Shown in pieces: positions 60,246 to 64,000 of a DNA stretch of 64,000 nucleotides. The stretch is from Eledone cirrhosa (Eukaryota). Within the stretch, counting starts at the first letter, position 1. Every line of letters begins with the position of its first letter. The position numbers and the translations under genes were made by a program. Under the pieces are notes generated by a model. It did no database searches, was not told where the DNA came from, and worked only from the letters and a program-made list of their open reading frames with translations. The stretch spans positions 18,538,001 through 18,602,000 of the forward strand of contig OZ024749.1 of the NCBI GenBank assembly GCA_964016885.1, written 5' to 3'.

Positions 60246-60290
60246 AGTCATAGTTCTTTCGTCACACACTCTGTGACCTCTTCAGTGACT
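60246..60290 (-). ncRNA. Minimal type I hammerhead ribozyme
   Basis: AGTCA-CTGAAGA-g-GTCACA gagtg TGTGAC-GAAA-GAAC-TA-TGACT; identical copy at 35763-35807. Confidence 0.78.
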
Positions 60291-60490
60291 GGGGATTCCT
60301 TTCTTTGTTTCTGTGCCTCTCCTTTGTTCTGTCCTACGCCATTTTGTTTCTGTGTGTGTGTTGTGTGCTCAGTCTGCGCATGCGCCACATCCGGGTGTCT
60401 GTGTGTGTTTATGTTCATTTATTTATCTGTTTATTTACATGTTACTGGTTGGTTGTTTGTTCTATGTGTGTGTGTGTTTTCATTTTGTCC

Positions 60491-60910
60491 TTAATTGTAA
60501 GTTGTGATGTTGCTGTTCCACTCATATTTTCTATTTAATTTTGGTTGTAATTCTTTTATGTTTATTGCCTCTGTAATTTGTCTAAACATTGCGTCTTTTC
60601 TGTGTGTAGATTCTATTTTTATTTCTATGTTCTCTAATTTACCCTTGTGTTCTATCTTAGCATGTTGGTAGAGTACAGATGATTCTTTATTATCTTGAAG
60701 GTCTCGCCAGTGTTTATTTATCCGTTCCCTTACACTACGAGCTGTCTCACCTATGTACACTATATTTTTGTCTCTACATTGTCCTTCAGTACATCTTATG
60801 CTATACACTACATTTCTAGTTTTACAGTTAATATGGGGGCTTATTTTACAGGTTATACATTTCTTATCTATACATGAGGGTCTTCGAAAAGGGTATGTCT
60901 TGCAAGACAT
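60491..60910 (-). pseudogene. GIY-YIG endonuclease fragment with linker C..CxxC
   Basis: CIDKKCITC..NVVYSIRC..YIGETARS..ER..RQITEA..PKLN. Confidence 0.82.
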
Positions 60911-61236
60911 ACCCTTATAATAAATAATAAATATATAATAAATTGAAGTGAAAGCAACTGGTGCGTGTGTTTCTTATTGGCAACATGACCCTCCCAAAGT
61001 ATAACAATATCGGTTTCAACACACGGTTTCAGATAAAGAATCTTGCTAAACAAATTCAGAAACGAAATATATATATATAAATATATAAATATATATATAA
61101 ATATATATATATATAAATATATATATAAATATATATATATATAAATATATATATAAATATATATATATATAAATATATATATAAATATATATATATATAA
61201 ATATATATATAAATATATATATAAATATATATATAA

Positions 61237-61267
<31 letters not shown>

Positions 61268-61399
61268 TATATATATATATATTTATATATATATATATTT
61301 ATATATATATATATTTATTTATATATATATTTATTTATATATATATTTATATATATATTTATATATATATATATATTTATATATATTTATATATATATT

Positions 61400-61460
<61 letters not shown>

Positions 61461-61835
61461 GACCATAGAATAATATGGTTAGTTGATTACTCAATGAATA
61501 CAATTTTACAATAGATTAGAAGCACACAACAGTGAGTTTCCCTGGAGTTTTTAATATTATTCAAAATATTAACAAATGAAAAATATTCTCATAATCAAAA
61601 TATATACTTTATTATATATATTTCAGAGGTACTGTGTTGTTTTTTCAGTACGTCCTCATCAGACAAAATATATGATTTGATATATGACATACCGCTACTG
61701 TCTTGATTACACAATTCCAATATTGTACTCCGGAGTAAACAAACCAACCTGCATACTTCGTTGGGTGCTCCAATCTGCATACTGAGTTGTCGACAAACAA
61801 CCAACATATACTCAAAATATGTATATAAATATATA

Positions 61836-63175
61836 CTAGCTGGCCCGTCCCGCTGGTGCCGGGCTAGGTGTACCGGCATTTTATCTTTTCATGTATCCCC
61901 CTACACTCCAGTGCAAACATACCGCACGCCCTCTCAAGTCAGCGAGGGGGGTGGGGGTTAATGTGCTCTGATGTTGGGTTTGAACAGTTTTAGGATTCCC
62001 CAGTTCAGCAGCCAGTACATTAAAGAAAATTGATAGTTACAATAAAGGCTGAAGAGAGGACACATTTTTTAACAAACAATAATTTGTACAAACATAATGG
62101 AAATTCCAAGTAACAGAAAATATTTAAATTACATTGTTAGAGCCTCAGAGTATACAATATTTTTTTTGTTCATCCCTCCGGAGCAAAGATGAAGAGACTG
62201 TTTGGCGAGCTCACTCTAGAGCATCCTACATTCAACTGACCATGGGAGAATCACTGATTTCGTAGCTCGTCTCATTGAGAAGCTCTGTAGATGTTGATCT
62301 CTGGACACTCCTGTCAGGAACAGGTAAGCTGTAGTGACTTAGAGGTCTACCACCAATCTCCAGGACACTGTTTTCAAGACAAATGAGCGCCTCATTGAAA
62401 ACGACATTGTATGTTACATTTGGATTGTGTCTGCATGTGCGGTGGAGGATGTCCGCAGCTAGACTTTTGCGGTGGTTGTTCCACACTGCGAGAGGGTCGG
62501 CGAGATCGCAGTTGTGCAGTATAATAGCAAAAAGTTTTCGCAGCTGAGAAGGGACTTTAGCAGTTGCTGCTTCTTGCAGGGTGAGGTGCCAATTGCTGTC
62601 ATTGTGTAACATACCACGCATCTGGCAAGCCAAACATCAACTGGAACATTGATGGCCATTGATGGTTCTCAGATCTTGGAAAGACTGTGGTCCTCTAAAC
62701 TCGAACGGTAACAATGACGATAAGCCGTCTGTTCTTTCGTGAAAAAATAGGTTTTTGTTTTTGTGTATGCAAACATATCTGTACACGAATATATATATTA
62801 AAATAACAGATTAAAGTTTAAGCAAAGAATCGCTGCTTTCACCCTTAACGGGATCTTCTGAAACTAAAAAAATCAGTCTGTGAACGCAGAAGTAAATATT
62901 TCGAAAAACGTTATCTAATGCAGACAGCCAGACATACAGACTAAGAAAAAGAAGGGAATGTTGTGCGACGTCATAAGAAAAAGTGTGTGACATTTGAAAT
63001 TTTAAAGAAACGAATATTTAAATAATGTCTTTAATCTTTTAACAAAATTCAGTAGACAAAAGTACCCTCACTTTTTTACTTGGAAAAAGTGACATCTATG
63101 GAACAAATTTGGTGCAGTCGTTTGGTGGAAAGGGAGTTTGTTACCTACATACGGCTGTCAGCTTTATAGTATAGA
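61836..63175 (-). mobile_element. Non-autonomous, internally deleted Helitron
   Basis: 5' A|TCTATACTATAAAG at 63175; 3' GCCCG..CGGGC hairpin then CTAG|T at 61836; RepHel remnants RGPQSFQDLRTING, AC..RGML.ND..W..TL.EA..PSQLR.LFAIIL, and helicase end HGQL.VGCSRV..KNIVY.EAL. Confidence 0.88.
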
Positions 63176-63489
63176 TATATATATATATTTATATTTATAT
63201 ATACAACACATATATACAATCAAATGGTATTTACAACATTTGATAGTTTACGATTGTTTCATCCAGATATAATCGTTGGAGGTATAGGTTATAGATATGG
63301 TTATTAATTATAGCAAAATATTATAGCAAGAATATCAATTACAATAGAATTACAGAAGACTCACCTTGCCTATGTACAAAGTGAAAGCTACAGTCATTAG
63401 ACACCTCCTAACCAAATATACACCCCCATCCCACTACCCCTCCCCACCCCCATCTACACCACCCTTTTCTCTGTAAAGTTATGTTAGTA

Positions 63490-63778
63490 CCACAACATCC
63501 AGTCCTAAATAAATGAGGTCGTGTAGGTGTCACGATAAAAAAACACACAGTCCACACTGTAATGTGGCCGTGTAGGTAACACGGTAAAAATCTGCCAGTC
63601 CACACTGTAAACGTGGTTGGTGTTAGGAAGGGCATCCAGCCGTAGAAAACCTGCCATATAGTCCTATACAAGCGAGACACGGTCACCCAATCAATCTTGC
63701 CTCTAGTGGGACAATTCCCGTCCAAACCCATGCAAGCGTGGAAGATGGACGTTAAACGATGACGATGATGATGATGAT
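63490..63778 (+). mobile_element. RTE-dependent bipartite SINE-like element
   Basis: GGTGTTAGGAAGGGCATCCA also occurs in the RTE 5' UTR (~44848-44868, -); 3' end GCAAGC..GGACGTTAAAC(GAT)n resembles the RTE 3' end at 41560-41605. Confidence 0.7.
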
Positions 63779-64000
63779 ATATATATATATATAGATATAC
63801 ACATACATATATATATATAAATATTTATACATATATATATATACATACATATAAATATCTATGATGGCTGCCCCCTCGTTATCGAGTATGGCCATTGCAC
63901 GAGAAGAAGAAAAAAAAACATAATAATAATAATAATAATAACAACAAGCAATATATATAATCTAAGTAGAATGGTATAATGAAAGCATATAATGTAGGTA

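Larger units (their letters stand above)
60104..61068 (-). mobile_element. 5'-truncated PLE (GIY-YIG + pLTR) with inverted terminus ~60925-61068, possibly Naiad-like
   Basis: ORF 60491-60910; 60104-60190 inverted at ~60925-61010; terminal motif ATGACCCTCCC..AAGTATAACAATAT shared with the 58-59 kb family. Confidence 0.86.

Overview
AT-rich animal genomic DNA with no supportable host gene. The SINE and RTE/CR1 tail sequences resemble those of octopod cephalopods (inference). The window is a nest of mobile elements inserted into long (TA)n tracts. It holds four Penelope-like elements (PLEs) of the Hydra type, one with an apparently intact 813-aa RT+GIY-YIG ORF, several 5'-truncated PLE endonuclease fragments of other types, decayed CR1-group and RTE LINEs, two SINEs, a non-autonomous Helitron and a 200-N gap. 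The main hidden structure is a set of minimal type I hammerhead ribozymes (HHRs) in about eight repeat families, including two non-coding retrozyme-like families: a 441/484-bp tandem family with 15 HHR copies and a 686-bp family. Most PLE and retrozyme insertions are head-to-head pairs with both 3' ends pointing outward into (TA)n. Independent insertions of one family reuse the same two end points, one per side. Most short ORFs in the supplied track (IY/YI/CV repeats) are microsatellite artefacts. All RNA folds were read by eye, and clade names come from remembered motif signatures, not searches.
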